A DNA stretch of 54,929 nucleotides, counting the filler, from Bipalium vagum (lineage: Eukaryota), in assembly GCA_037834085.1 (NCBI GenBank). It is 3 parts of 3 records of this genome, joined end to end, with 100 filler letters (N's around TTAATTAATTAA, not from the genome) between each part and the next. Parts side by side here need not be neighbours in the genome. Positions count along the whole stretch, not along the records: positions 1 to 16,486 come from JBBMKC010108962.1; positions 16,587 to 37,080 come from JBBMKC010252096.1; 1 more part is not named here. The stretch is one strand, 5' to 3'. Position 1 is the first letter of the stretch. Each line of letters opens with the position of its first letter. The translations under genes and the position numbers were made by a program. The notes beneath the pieces are model-generated. The model was not told the origin of the DNA. It made no database searches and saw only the letters and a program-made list of their open reading frames with translations. Shown here piece by piece: positions 11,201-21,570 of the stretch.

Positions 11201-13961
11201 AATGAAAATATAATTAATGAAACTGAAATAATAATAAAAATATTATTTTCTATACAGAGCTTTAACCTTATCCATTTCCTTGTGATCGCTTTCAATAGGC
11301 GGCAGAACTTTTGCCCTGTTATAGGGATCTGAAGCTTTTAAAAAGTGGTGGAAACGAAAAGATTATTATTTACTTTTATTCTCGTTATTGTTTTCTTTTT
11401 CAACCAAGTTTAGTTTATTGCACATCTTTCTTTCTTCAACGTCTCTAAAATGAAATAAACGTTAGAGATGTTACCAATTGATTAAATGATCAAAAGTTTC
11501 GATGGAGGTGAAGAGCCAGAGACAAGCGGCGGTCGTAAACGTTTTATCTTTAGTGAATGACCAGAGACGATGATCTAGAGTCTTAGAAAGATTTTTTTTG
11601 GTCTCATAGCAACAATATGCTACCACCTAGTGAATGCACATGTACTTAGTTTCAGCTGCACTAATAATTTTCCCGGCAGTAAATGGTCTAACGAAACATT
11701 TTAATCTTCACAATTTATAGGCGTCATAAATAAAAGACATATTTGTTCAAGGAATTTCATCAATCAACGACTTCGGGCAATTTTAGGATACCTTTTACAA
11801 ATTTCCAGCCACACAACCCTAAGTGTTCCTTAGTATTTCTGAATAAATGATCTTTGAAAAGATAAATTAAGACTTGTATGAATATAAGAACTTTAAGTAT
11901 TCAATCTTCAAGATAAACAGGCTTTAAGCAACAAATTTTATTATTCTGAAGCTAGGATGGGGTGTTAGTCTTCCAAAATAGTCGACGGAATCTGTACTAT
12001 TGTCAACCCGTGACTTGTTGAGGCTATTCCTAATTATCCCTTCCAATGTTGCGGTAAAGAAAGGAAATAGACAAAACATCCTCATTTTTATATTTCTATA
12101 CCGTTTTTGTATACTTCTTTTATTTTCAGAAAATCCTTTGTAGTTGAGTTTAACCACGTTCTCGTTAGAGGCTGCAATGTAACATTCGCCGTCGACAATG
12201 TCTTCGCTACTTCGAATCTTTTTGAAGTCCTTCGTGTAAAGTCTGAATGGAAAATAGAAACAAAACAGAATTAAAACATAGACAATCTCAAAATGACAGA
12301 TTATTATTATGAAAGCAAATTTATTATTTTTAATATACTGGTGTGAAAATTTTTTGACAACAGTAAAAATGTCAATTTTTCTCAATGTAAAAAATTTTTT
12401 TTCACAAAATATGTCAAATAATGATTTTCAACATTTCTAAATACAAATTTTTATTTTTAGATTTTTATTTCAAAAATTGTATTTTTCAGGAGTGCATAAT
12501 TAATGACAACAGCTAGAAAAAAGATAAAATTGGCTGTCATTGGCAAGCAAATTACAGCCATTCGACCTAGGCGTCAATAGATCTTTTAAAGAGGAAAAAC
12601 CTGTAAAATGGGAAAATTGGTTGGTCAATGAGAATTATAACTTTACGAATTCTGAGTCAATGAAAAGGGTTCCTTACGATAAAATATGAGAATAAATCGA
12701 CGAAAGTTGAAAGGAAGTAACATTAGATTGCATTAAATGGATATAAAGCCGCCAGTATATGCTGATATCCACACGAAATGCAAACAACTGTAATATCTCT
12801 GAAGATGAAGCCGAGTGTGGCATTCCAGATTCTTTATATGTCGTGTTTGATAACTTTAATACGAGATCTGATATGCAATTTGACGGTTTTGATAGTTAGA
12901 TAACTTTGTTTGTTAGGTCCTTTTTATAAATTACAAAATTATGTCGATAGAATTCAGATTGGTTCACAAGTAAAAATGAGTCAATGTGGTTTATAATGAC
13001 TTTTCATCAATGAAAATTTTCCCATTAAATGATTTATTTAGCGAACAAATCAAATGAGAATTGACAGAAGTCAAATACAATGAGTTCAGAGCGTCAGGCA
13101 AAATATCCAATCCAAAAGCTAATAATTGGTTCTCATTGAATAATGATATATGAAGATTTACGTTATTGTGTATTACATAATTCCTGAGATATTTCGAATG
13201 CTTTTCGTATTGGGATGGCGAATAGGTAATTTTGTATTCTTTGTAATGTAATTCGGGTCAAATTTATACTTTAAAAAACAACTTTTTAGCCAGTTGTTTT
13301 TACATTTATTTACATTAATGATATATAATCAATAAAGCATTGTTTAGTTAATCATTTTAAAGGCATTTGTTTGCAAATATTTAAACTACTGGAAGACAAA
13401 ATATTTATTTTCGTCACGTTTTAATTCTCAACTTCAGAAAAGGAAACAATTTTAACAAAGCGCGCAAAGGTACTTGTGACTTCTATGGAAAAAAAGTCGT
13501 GAAAATGCGGCAGTGTCAAAATTTGTATGCCAAATTTCGTTACGGAAATTTTTCTCTGAATGGCGAACCACGTTCTGGATACCTATTGGACGTTTCTGAC
13601 GACCAAATCAGAGAAATTATTGAATGTGATCGTCATATTACAACTAACTATGTAGCTGAAATATATTCCTTGTATTTATATTATATTCCTACCTTCTGAT
13701 GGGTCGATTGTTTAGCAGGAGGACCTTTTCTTCGATCGTCTTCATTACCATTTCCAGGCAGTTCATGTTCCTGTAACTGATCACAACTTTCGCTGCACGG
13801 GAATGTTGGTCCCCGTTTCTAAGAACACTGAAAAAACAAAAAATTCAGTCAAATTTATTAATAAAAGGAACATTATATTCATACTAAACAATGTAATTGT
13901 TCTTAAAAACCGCCAGGTTTTCTGATGTTTTTGGCTCAGAACTTTCTTTACTTTTTTGTCT
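5228..13961 (-). CDS. Doublecortin (DCX)-domain protein with two C-terminal IQ calmodulin-binding motifs; multi-exon
   Basis: Phase-consistent GT-AG exons 13961-13885, 13827-13693 (VLRNGDQHSRAAKVVI...RPIRR), 12242-12102 (LYTKDFKKIRSSEDIVDGECYIAAS), 12029-?, 11444-11374, 11334-11267, 5540-5477 (AATVIQVAFREYRRRK), 5431-5289 (AACTIQRAYRNWKWQK), 5236-5228 (KE*). Start exon and the 11450-11930 junctions are unresolved; linking across the 5.7-kb intron rests on phase and orientation. Confidence 0.75.
5815..7036 (-). mobile_element. Mariner transposon, full-length but decayed (cecropia/Hsmar1-like TIR)
   Basis: TIRs tattagggtgggtcaaaagtaatttcg / cgaaaatacttaagactcaccataata; transposase fragments PRFGRP, QQDNVRPH, HPAYCPDLAS..YHLF. 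Confidence 0.9.
7227..7520 (-). mobile_element. Tc1-like transposon 3' remnant
   Basis: TA-CAGT terminus at ~7226; C-terminal transposase-like peptide SILKRKF...LWKAVKDEWYKISQNLCKKMVIS. Confidence 0.55.
7740..7900 (+). mobile_element. Mariner transposase fragment
   Basis: Reads YIISENEKWISYDNHKRKK, matching the mariner ITGDEKWIxYDNxKRK motif. Confidence 0.55.
7935..9156 (-). mobile_element. Mariner transposon, irritans/Himar1-like, decayed
   Basis: WMPRLLT, ITVDETWIHHYTPESK, SAGKAMVVIFWNAHG, HPPYSPNFSPSDYFLF; 5' TIR (rc tacaagggcggttcaataagtcc) at ~9133-9156. The other TIR was not found. Confidence 0.9.
9183..11197 (+). mobile_element. Mariner transposon, decayed, interrupted by a Merlin insertion
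   Basis: TIRs tattggttggcaagaaggtaat / attactttcttgtcaacccaata; motifs LWVPY, HDNRKPH, PP*SPD, MKNFLNDKTF. Confidence 0.85.
9702..10473 (-). mobile_element. Merlin (IS1016-like) DNA transposon, internally deleted
   Basis: ~29-bp TIRs GGTTGCGCTTTACTCTGTGGTACAATTTA / TAAATTGTACCACAAAGTAAAGCGCAACC; exact 8-bp TSD AGCATATG (9694-9701, 10474-10481); frameshifted C-terminus YLARREWRLNGVDDFEELLRYIRECYPIL resembling Merlin transposases. Confidence 0.85.
12490..12900 (+). mobile_element. pogo-family transposase remnant
   Basis: KLQPFDLGVNRSFK...WENWLVNENYNFTNSESMKRVPY...S*KEVT matches the pogo LQPLDxxVNxxFK C-terminal region. Confidence 0.75.
13208..13660 (+). mobile_element. Mariner 5' fragment (TIR plus HTH region)
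   Basis: TIR-like tattgggatggcgaataggtaat; FRHVLILNFRKG...KFRYGNFSLNGEPRSG...IECDRHITT. Truncated just before a DCX exon on the opposite strand. Confidence 0.8.
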
Positions 13962-15254
13962 CTAAGGAAAATTGTAAAAATAAAATTTTTATTAGTAATA
14001 TCGATTTGAATACAAATATAAGCCGGATGAATTTTCGATTTATATAATTAATAAAAGATTTTTGAAAAATATTTATTGAAATCATCACAAAAGAAATCAT
14101 TTTTCTTTTTATTATTCTTTTCAGTCATTTTCTTTCTCATTCTTAGGATTTAAAAGTTTATTACATCAAAATTTGATTTTAATTGAAATCAATTGTTTTA
14201 TTATTATACATGGTGGTCATCCGAAAACCGGGAAATTTCAAAAAAATTAATTATTGTCATTATACATTCAATTTTATTATTTATCATTTCATAATTATTG
14301 ATTTTTTTAAATAGCTAATTTGATGATAGAAGGAAAACAATTATCAGATTTTGAGAGACAAGTAATAATTCTGTTTTAGACGGAAAATTCTACATGGGGA
14401 TTTACAAAATGTTCGAAGGTGTTACCTGATTTTTTTGGATAGGTTACCAAACAACAATTTGATAATGCCGTTGCATGTTTTAAAGCAAATCCATTACAAA
14501 TTACCCGGAAAAAAAGTATTAATGAAAAAATTTTATTAATTTTTATTGATTAAATTTTGGGCAATGTTTTTTTTATCTTTTGCAATATTGTAAGTCAACT
14601 TATATACATTGGGTGATGAGCAGGTCATTTTTGACACACTACATAAATTAAACTTTTGTTATTTAGTATTTTACACAATAATTTAATATGTGCAACCAGT
14701 TCGATGAAATTATAAAATTAGCGAATGGAGATTCAATAGTGGTACTCAACAATGTGATAAGAGAACATTAAAAATATTTTGATAAGAAATACTGGACCTT
14801 AGTAATAGCAGATAGTAATAGACAAATCATCACAATATACACTGATAAGGCAAGAGTATATTGTGACTTAAACTAAACATGTAAACATAAATTGGGTTGT
14901 CATAAATATCAGTTTGTTGATTATGACTGCAATATCCACACCGAGATCAAAGAAAGCTGAAAGCTATACACGGAGCATATAATCACCACAGGTGTGATTT
15001 TCTTCAAGAAGTCATATGGTTACAGTACCATAATGACTTTGAAGAAACGATGAACCTCTTAATAAAAATATAATTGCTGGTTGTCAATTTTATCCTTCTT
15101 ATTATTATTGACATTTGTTTTTTATTGTAGGTCAAAAAAACAACATAGGTAATTTTGTAGGTCAGAAAAAAACATTGTCCAATTTTTTAAAACTTAATAT
15201 ATCGATTAACATTTTAAAATTAGTATCAAAACTGTTACAATTATACTTAGACGT

Positions 15255-16093
15255 AGTAACGTGTGCTCGTGTACTCGTGACCCCTCACTCTTTAAATCGT
15301 TGTGTCCGTAACTCCTCTTTAAACCTCATCCAAATCAAAACACCCACGATATTACTGTATCTGCTTCCTAAGAACTGAACCAAAACTTCTACAAAAAAAC
15401 TTTATTTGAACAAAACACAATCACACTAGAAAATAATGATCACAACGACATTCCACTTCTTCAGATCACTCTTTAATCAATGAATCCAATAAATAAAAAT
15501 GTCACCAAGAATAATGATAAAAATAAAAATAAATAAATATTATTACTGTTTTAATAAAAGAAAAGAAAGAAATTATCACAAAAGAGAGAGTCGAGAGTTT
15601 AAAAAAATAAAACGCTCTCACCCAGAGTGACAAGGGGTTCCGGGTTGCCCTATAGGTCCTTCTCAGGTCCCAACCTCGCTGGGTCCCCTTGTAGAATCCT
15701 CCTGCGAAGTCATATCGACTTAAATACCTTGAGGTCCTGTCTTCGACTCGTAGTCGTTCCCTTGAATTGTCGTTTCCCGTTGTATTGTCTAGCGTTTTCC
15801 GTTTTCTTTTTTTGTCTTTTCTGTTGAGCGCTGAGCCATTAACGGGAATAGCCGTCTCTTTATAAAAACGTAGAGATTGGTCTACGATCACCATTCCCTA
15901 CGCTTAGAGACGGCTATTTTCCCTAATAGCCATCAACTGTATCTCCACGCCAAGATAAACTCATATCAAGGCCAATGGAATCCTGTCAGGGAATCCATTA
16001 GCCTAATCTGCCGAAAATCCCAAAAGCGAAATTCCAAACCAAACAAAATTTCTAATTAATTTTTTTTATTAAAAAAATTTAAGAGTTCACAAC
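15255..16093. mobile_element. Possible solo LTR / LTR-like non-coding repeat
   Basis: GC-richer non-coding block with gtaac...cacaaca ends, TATA-like and polyA-like signals and a strong internal hairpin; no TSD found. Confidence 0.3.
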
Positions 16094-16486
16094 AATTTGA
16101 GTACCAATAGTTAAAAAATTGAAAAATTTTGAAATTTGAAAAAATTGAAAAAGTGAAAAAAAAAGTTAAAGTATTAAAAATTTAAAATTCAAAAAAAGGA
16201 TACGATTTAAAAATTTTTAAATTGAAGAAATACAAAAAACGAATTAATGCGAATTTTATTGTTTTTTGTTTTGCTTGTTTATTTTGATTGGTCATTTTAA
16301 CACTACTTAAGACTATTATTATTTATCAATCTTGAATAATCTTTGTTTTTAAGAAAATCTATTTTTGTCATTCGTTTCAAGAATTTTTTTCCGATTAATT
16401 GTATAAAGTATCTTTTTTGACTGAGTCGCTTAAAAAAACATGATCCAAAAATTTTTCTTTTAATAAAGCATTGTATTTAAATATTA

Positions 16487-16586
16487 NNNNNNNNNNNNNN
16501 NNNNNNNNNNNNNNNNNNNNNNNNNNNNNNTTAATTAATTAANNNNNNNNNNNNNNNNNNNNNNNNNNNNNNNNNNNNNNNNNNNN
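16487..16586. other. Artificial contig-join linker (N44-TTAATTAATTAA-N44)
   Basis: Exactly 100 bp; palindromic core gives stops in all six frames; identical structure at 37081. Confidence 0.95.
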
Positions 16587-16662
16587 TTTTCCGCTTTACC
16601 TCTTTGTCTTCGCAACTGTTCATGATAAGCTCCTTCATTAATTGTTCTTTTTCCCATTTGTG

Positions 16663-17054
16663 CATGAAGAAATTCTTCCATTAACTCCAATATTTGGAGC
16701 AATATTTGCAGGCTTAGGAGCAGCAGGTGAAGTTGCAGAAGGAATTGCAACAACTGTTAGAAAACAAAAGAAGCATCAAAAAATAAAGCAAAGAAAGAAA
16801 AGCTTGAATTGGAAAAACTGAAATTAGAAATGGAAGTAGAGCAATTTAAACCTAAGGAGGAACAAAAATCTGGAGCTGGACTTTACTTCTATCCATATTT
16901 TGGAAAAGGATTAAAAGATGCAATTTTAAATAGTTCAGAATATAAAATACAGAAATCTGAAAGGAAAGATTTAAAGGAATTATTACAAAATTTATGTAAA
17001 AATAAAATTAAAATAATTAAACAAGGATCTGGACTATTTTTTGACCCTTACTAG
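16663..17054 (+). pseudogene. Polinton core/membrane protein with adenovirus pX-like motif and GxGL(Y/F)xxPY repeats (copy A)
   Basis: EILPLTPIFGAIFAGLGAAGEVAEGIATTV, coiled-coil, then SGAGLYFYPYFGKGL and QGSGLFFDPY; frameshifted. Confidence 0.65.
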
Positions 17055-17539
17055 AAAAGTAAATAAACACACCGACGGTGCTAGAGCCGAAGGCTTGTTT
17101 TCCCAACTCAAAATTTCCAAACAATATTTTTTACCCAACTTAAATTTTTTTCCCAATTCAAAATTTTCCCAATAATATTTTTTTCGCAAACTCAAAATGT
17201 AATTTAAAAATTGATGTTCTTATGTTTTTGTGGTTTTTATCATGATAGATTTTTGGATTAATATGTAGCTGCAGAATTTAATTTATCTTATAGAGAGCTA
17301 ATGAGACTATTAAATTTGAATGAAATAATGATGTATACTGAATATTTAGATGAGGATGAATTATTTATTGAACATGATTAAAAAACGTAAACGAAAAAAA
17401 TCCAAATATTTAAAATTTTCTTTTAAAAATGCAAGACACGCCCACTAAAAGTGTTAGGACCGTAGGCCCGCTTTTGAAACCAAAGGTTTCGTCGCGATAT
17501 AAGATTGTAAGAACAAATACATTACTAGTTTTTACGTAA

Positions 17540-17893
17540 ATATGGAATTAATTCAACATCAAATTTTGATTTAATAGATATTGCAGAAGATTTAGAAATT
17601 CCCTTAAAGTTTTAATGCTGGATGAACTAACTAAAAATATAATAAAATCTGAATTTCCATTAATTATTATCTATCAAAATAAAAATCAAAAAGGAATTCA
17701 TTGGGTTGGATATTACAAAAATTTTTACCTTGAATCTTATGGTTTATCACCACTTAAAGATTTAGTAAAACATGTTAAAGAATATAATAAATTTGATTTT
17801 CAATCTGAAACAGATTTAGAGGACTGTGAAAAATTATCTTTATATGTTTTATATCAAATTTTTCAGGGAAAAATTTTAAGGAAAATGAAGTAA
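17540..17893 (+). pseudogene. Adenain-like (adenovirus-type) cysteine protease (copy A)
   Basis: SNFDL..IAEDLEIP, GIHWVGYY (His), ESYGL, FQS (Gln), DCEKLSLYVL (Cys); N-terminal frameshift. Confidence 0.8.
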
Positions 17894-18002
17894 AACTTCA
17901 TGAGAGCTTCGCTCGCATTTTAGAAGAGTTGGAAAGTTATATTTGAAAAGTTAAAACTAAAACTAAAAATTAAAAATTAAAAATTAATAATTAAATTAAA
18001 AA

Positions 18003-18275
18003 ATGCCAGATGTTTCAGGAGATAAAAATTTTTTAATATTGCTGGAAATGGAGAATATATTTATACCAAAGCTCTAAATCATTATGATAAAGATGGAGAT
18101 GAAGAAAATGAACTAAAAAAGTAAATTTTATTAGAAATGAAAGTGAAAATAAATTTTTAAATGTTACTGGAGATTCTAAGAAAGGAATTTTAAATATGAA
18201 TAATAATAAAATAATAAATATTCCGAATCCTACTGAAGATAAGGATGTTGTAAATAAACAATATATAAATAATAA
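18003..18275 (+). pseudogene. Fiber/spike-like protein N-terminus (copy A)
   Basis: FLNVTGDSKKGILNMNNNKIINIPNPTEDKDVVNKQYI resembles the GDxMxGxLxM..KI..P....DA.NK.YV repeat of tail-fiber/trimeric adhesin proteins. Confidence 0.55.
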
Positions 18276-19380
18276 TGTGGAAAATATCCTTTTGAACCCT
18301 TGAAACCAAATGTATTAGGAAAATCTTTTAATGGGAATAAAGTAAAATTTATAGAATCAATAAATCTTATATTAAAATGTTTAATTTTCATAATAGTAAT
18401 TTTACTATCAGAACTCAATTTTTCAACTGGCAACTTATTTTTCATTGATCAATCTAATATTGGATGATTATATTGTTTGAAATCCTCACTAATTAAAACT
18501 TTACAGAAGGTATCAATAGAGTTTTAATTTCCAATTGTAACATCTTTTAAAAATTCAATATTATTTTGAATATTTTCAATTGTTAAATTTTCTAATTCTA
18601 CTTTAATTTTAAAATATAAAATTGTGTTTGTTTGTATTTTAAAATATATTTTTCTTTCAGTATCATAAGCTATTGCATAATTCATTTTATGATAACCTGC
18701 ATTTTCTTGAGTAGATTCAAAATCAAAAAATAAATATTTATTACTTTGTTTAAAATTTCCTTCATTATTTTTCATATAACATTTATGTTGATTAAAAGGT
18801 GGTTCATAGTCTTCATTACAAATTGGAAAATTTTTACAACCACATTTATGATCAGATCTATTATAATATTCTTGTTTACAATCTTCACAAATTTTTGAAT
18901 TTCTATAAGTTGTAACACTATCTACTTTGCATTTATGTTAATTTTGAAATCCTAGTGACATTTTTTTTGTGATTGTAAAAAAGCTGATATTTTCGCAATT
19001 GAAATAAAGTGATGATTTTCTTGATCATAAAATATAAAAGTTTGTTTTTCAAAATTTTCATTACCTCTATATAAAATAGAATTATTATTATTATGATGAT
19101 AAACTATAATTCTTAAATTTAAATAATTTTCAAATAATTTTAAATCATCAATATTATTACCATTTTCTTTAATTTCTACTTGTGCCATATTACATAACCT
19201 TTTAGCCCATTCTTCTTGAATTTTATCTCCTCTTCTAATATATCTAATTCTATTATCTTTTTCTTCAAAGTTTAAATAATTTTTATTTGTGAAATTATCA
19301 TGTTAAAGAAGTTACTATTGACCTGGCCAAACAAAGTGAATCATTATTTTGAATTATATTAATTTATTTTTAAAAATTCA
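18270..19380 (-). pseudogene. Protein-primed family B DNA polymerase, N-terminal and exonuclease fragment
   Basis: NNDSLCLARSIV, Cys-rich CEDC..HKCG..HKCYM, Exo I YLFFDFESTQ, IRFIDSINF..PLKDFPNTFG..KGYFPH; many stops and deletions. Confidence 0.85.
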
Positions 19381-20739
19381 AAAGTTGAATCTCAACGAAC
19401 AGACTTTGTTACCAAAAACGGTCAGAACTTTCTTTAAAACCTAGTAATGATATTTTTCAATTATCCATCCTGATCCTTTTACTCTATATATTTCTCTATC
19501 CAACAATTCTTGATAATTAGAAATACCACTGATCATATCATCCTCTTTTATATATCTATTTAAATTTATAATCTGATCAGATTCAATTTTTTTGTAATGA
19601 ATTAATTATCTCTAGTATTATTTATTGTAGCATTAACTATAAATTGATATTTATTTTTTTATTTTATTTAACATGTTTTGTAAATAATTCAATATATTAT
19701 CTTTCTTATTTATTACATATTCTATTATAGTAATATTTGGTGAAGAAATATCATGAAATGTTTTTTCATCTATTTTGAGAAGCATTGTCATTTTCATTCA
19801 CTTAAGTATCATCTTTCATTAAATTTAAGAAAGCTACTAATATTAATATTAGGATAAAAAGATTTCTTAAAAATTTCTATTTTCTTTTAATTCATTATCT
19901 TTTATATAAAGATGAAAAATAGAATTTCATAAACTCTTATATTTCTTAAATAAATTCTTAATTTAATATTACCACTGTTTTTTCTACATTTACATGAATA
20001 TTTTTCTTCAGAATTATAATCAAAGTAAAATCTTGTAGGTGAATCTTGTTGTTTAATCATCCTCTATCATAAAAATATTATATCCATTCTTTTATAACTT
20101 TAGATATGTTTTCTGTAAAGGTCTTCCATCAAGTATAAAATAATTCTTATAAGTATTATACCAACTGAAAACATGATAATTATTTGTTGTTCCAAAATTT
20201 ACAGTATTATTGTTTGTGTAGTCATTTTATCTGCAGCTAATATTATTGTAAATTTACCTTTTAATAATAAAGTTTTTTCTCTAATGAAATACCCGAACTT
20301 TGATATATTGATTTCTAAGTTTTTAGAATTTATAAAATCTATTGATGAAGATTTCCAATTAGAATACAAACTATTAGTGTAATTTTTTCACACATGTTTT
20401 TAAAATCATCAACTACAAAAATAATTTTTAATTTACTTTTAATATTATTTTTTAATTTATAAGGGTCTTCATTTTCTTTTTTTACTTTTATGATTACATT
20501 TTCAACAATTTTAAAATTTTTATATTTGAATCTTTAAATTCACTTTGCCAATGTTTGTTGGAACAAATGATATAAAATATTTGTTAAATTTATAATATTT
20601 TAATTCGTTTCATTTCTATTTCTTTCAAATTTTTGGACCTTCTTTAGAATTATATTGTGAAATTTCTATTTCAATTTTTTCTATTTTTTTTCTTCATATG
20701 ATTTTAATTGACTTTTAATATTCTATTTATACTAATTTC

Positions 20740-20861
20740 ATTTAATAAATATTTTCTAACTTTACAACGTTATTATCATTTATTGGATCTGCTACATTTA
20801 TTATTTTATTATTATTCATATTTACAATTCCTTTCATAGCATCTCCAGTGAAATTTAGAAA
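20740..20861 (-). pseudogene. Fiber/spike-like fragment (copy B)
   Basis: FLNFTGDAMKGIVNMNNNKIINVADPINDNNVV, homologous to 18155-18270. Confidence 0.55.
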
Positions 20862-21110
20862 TTACTCTTTTACATGTTTTTCTAAATCTTCAAGTGGTGG
20901 TAAACCATAAGAATCAAAATAGTATCCACTGTAATAACCAACCCAATGTATTCCTTTTTTATTTGTATTTTGATAATTAATAATCAATGGTATTTCAGAT
21001 TCGATATGTTTTTCTTTTAACTCATCTTTCATAAAAAATTTTAAAGGCATTTCTAAATCTTCATCCATGTGTATTAAATCAAAATTGAAATTTTATTAAT
21101 ACCATATTTA
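20862..21110 (-). pseudogene. Adenain-like protease (copy B, catalytic-Cys region deleted)
   Basis: IPLIINYQNTNKKGIHWVGYYSGYYFDSYGLPP; joined directly to the fiber-like fragment. Confidence 0.8.
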
Positions 21111-21158
21111 TAAAGGAAATCAAGTATAGTCATTTTAAATAAATAAATATTTAATCTT

Positions 21159-21570
21159 TTATATAAGAATCGAAGTAAAGTCCCATCCCTTTCTTATTTG
21201 ATTTTTAGATATCTTTTGTAATAACTCTTTTAATTCTTTTCTTCCTGATTTATTAAAATTTTTATATTCTAAACTATTTAAAATTGAATCTCTTAACCAT
21301 TTTCCAAAATAAGGGTCATAATACAATCCTGCACCAGATGTTAGTTCTTTTGGTAAACCTTTGGTGTTGAGAGCTCGCTTGATTTTAGTTTCTCTATTTC
21401 TAATTCTAATTTCTTTTTCTCTAAATCTGTTTTTTGTGCTTCTTTTGCTTTCTGTACTGCAGTTGCAACACCACATACAACTCCCCCAGCTGCACCTAAT
21501 CCTGCAACTATTGCACCTAAAATTTGTTTTAATGGTAATACATCACCTTGTGTCTCATCTTCAATTATAT
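21159..21570 (-). pseudogene. pX-like/GxGL protein (copy B)
   Basis: QGDVLPLKQILGAIVAGLGAAGGVVCGVATAVQKAKE...SGAGLYYDPYFGK; frameshifted. Confidence 0.65.

Noticed and set aside
11924-12385. 153-aa ORF as a stand-alone gene
   Set aside because: It is intron sequence plus two DCX-gene exons read through a 72-nt in-frame intron.
15502-16059. Overlapping short ORFs in the LTR-like block
   Set aside because: No domain signal; explained by locally higher GC.
16531-16542. TTAATTAATTAA palindrome as a biological site
   Set aside because: Embedded symmetrically in N runs twice; synthetic linker.
19950-20520. Candidate capsid gene within the Polinton region
   Set aside because: Coding-like but no motif I can recognise; needs a profile search.
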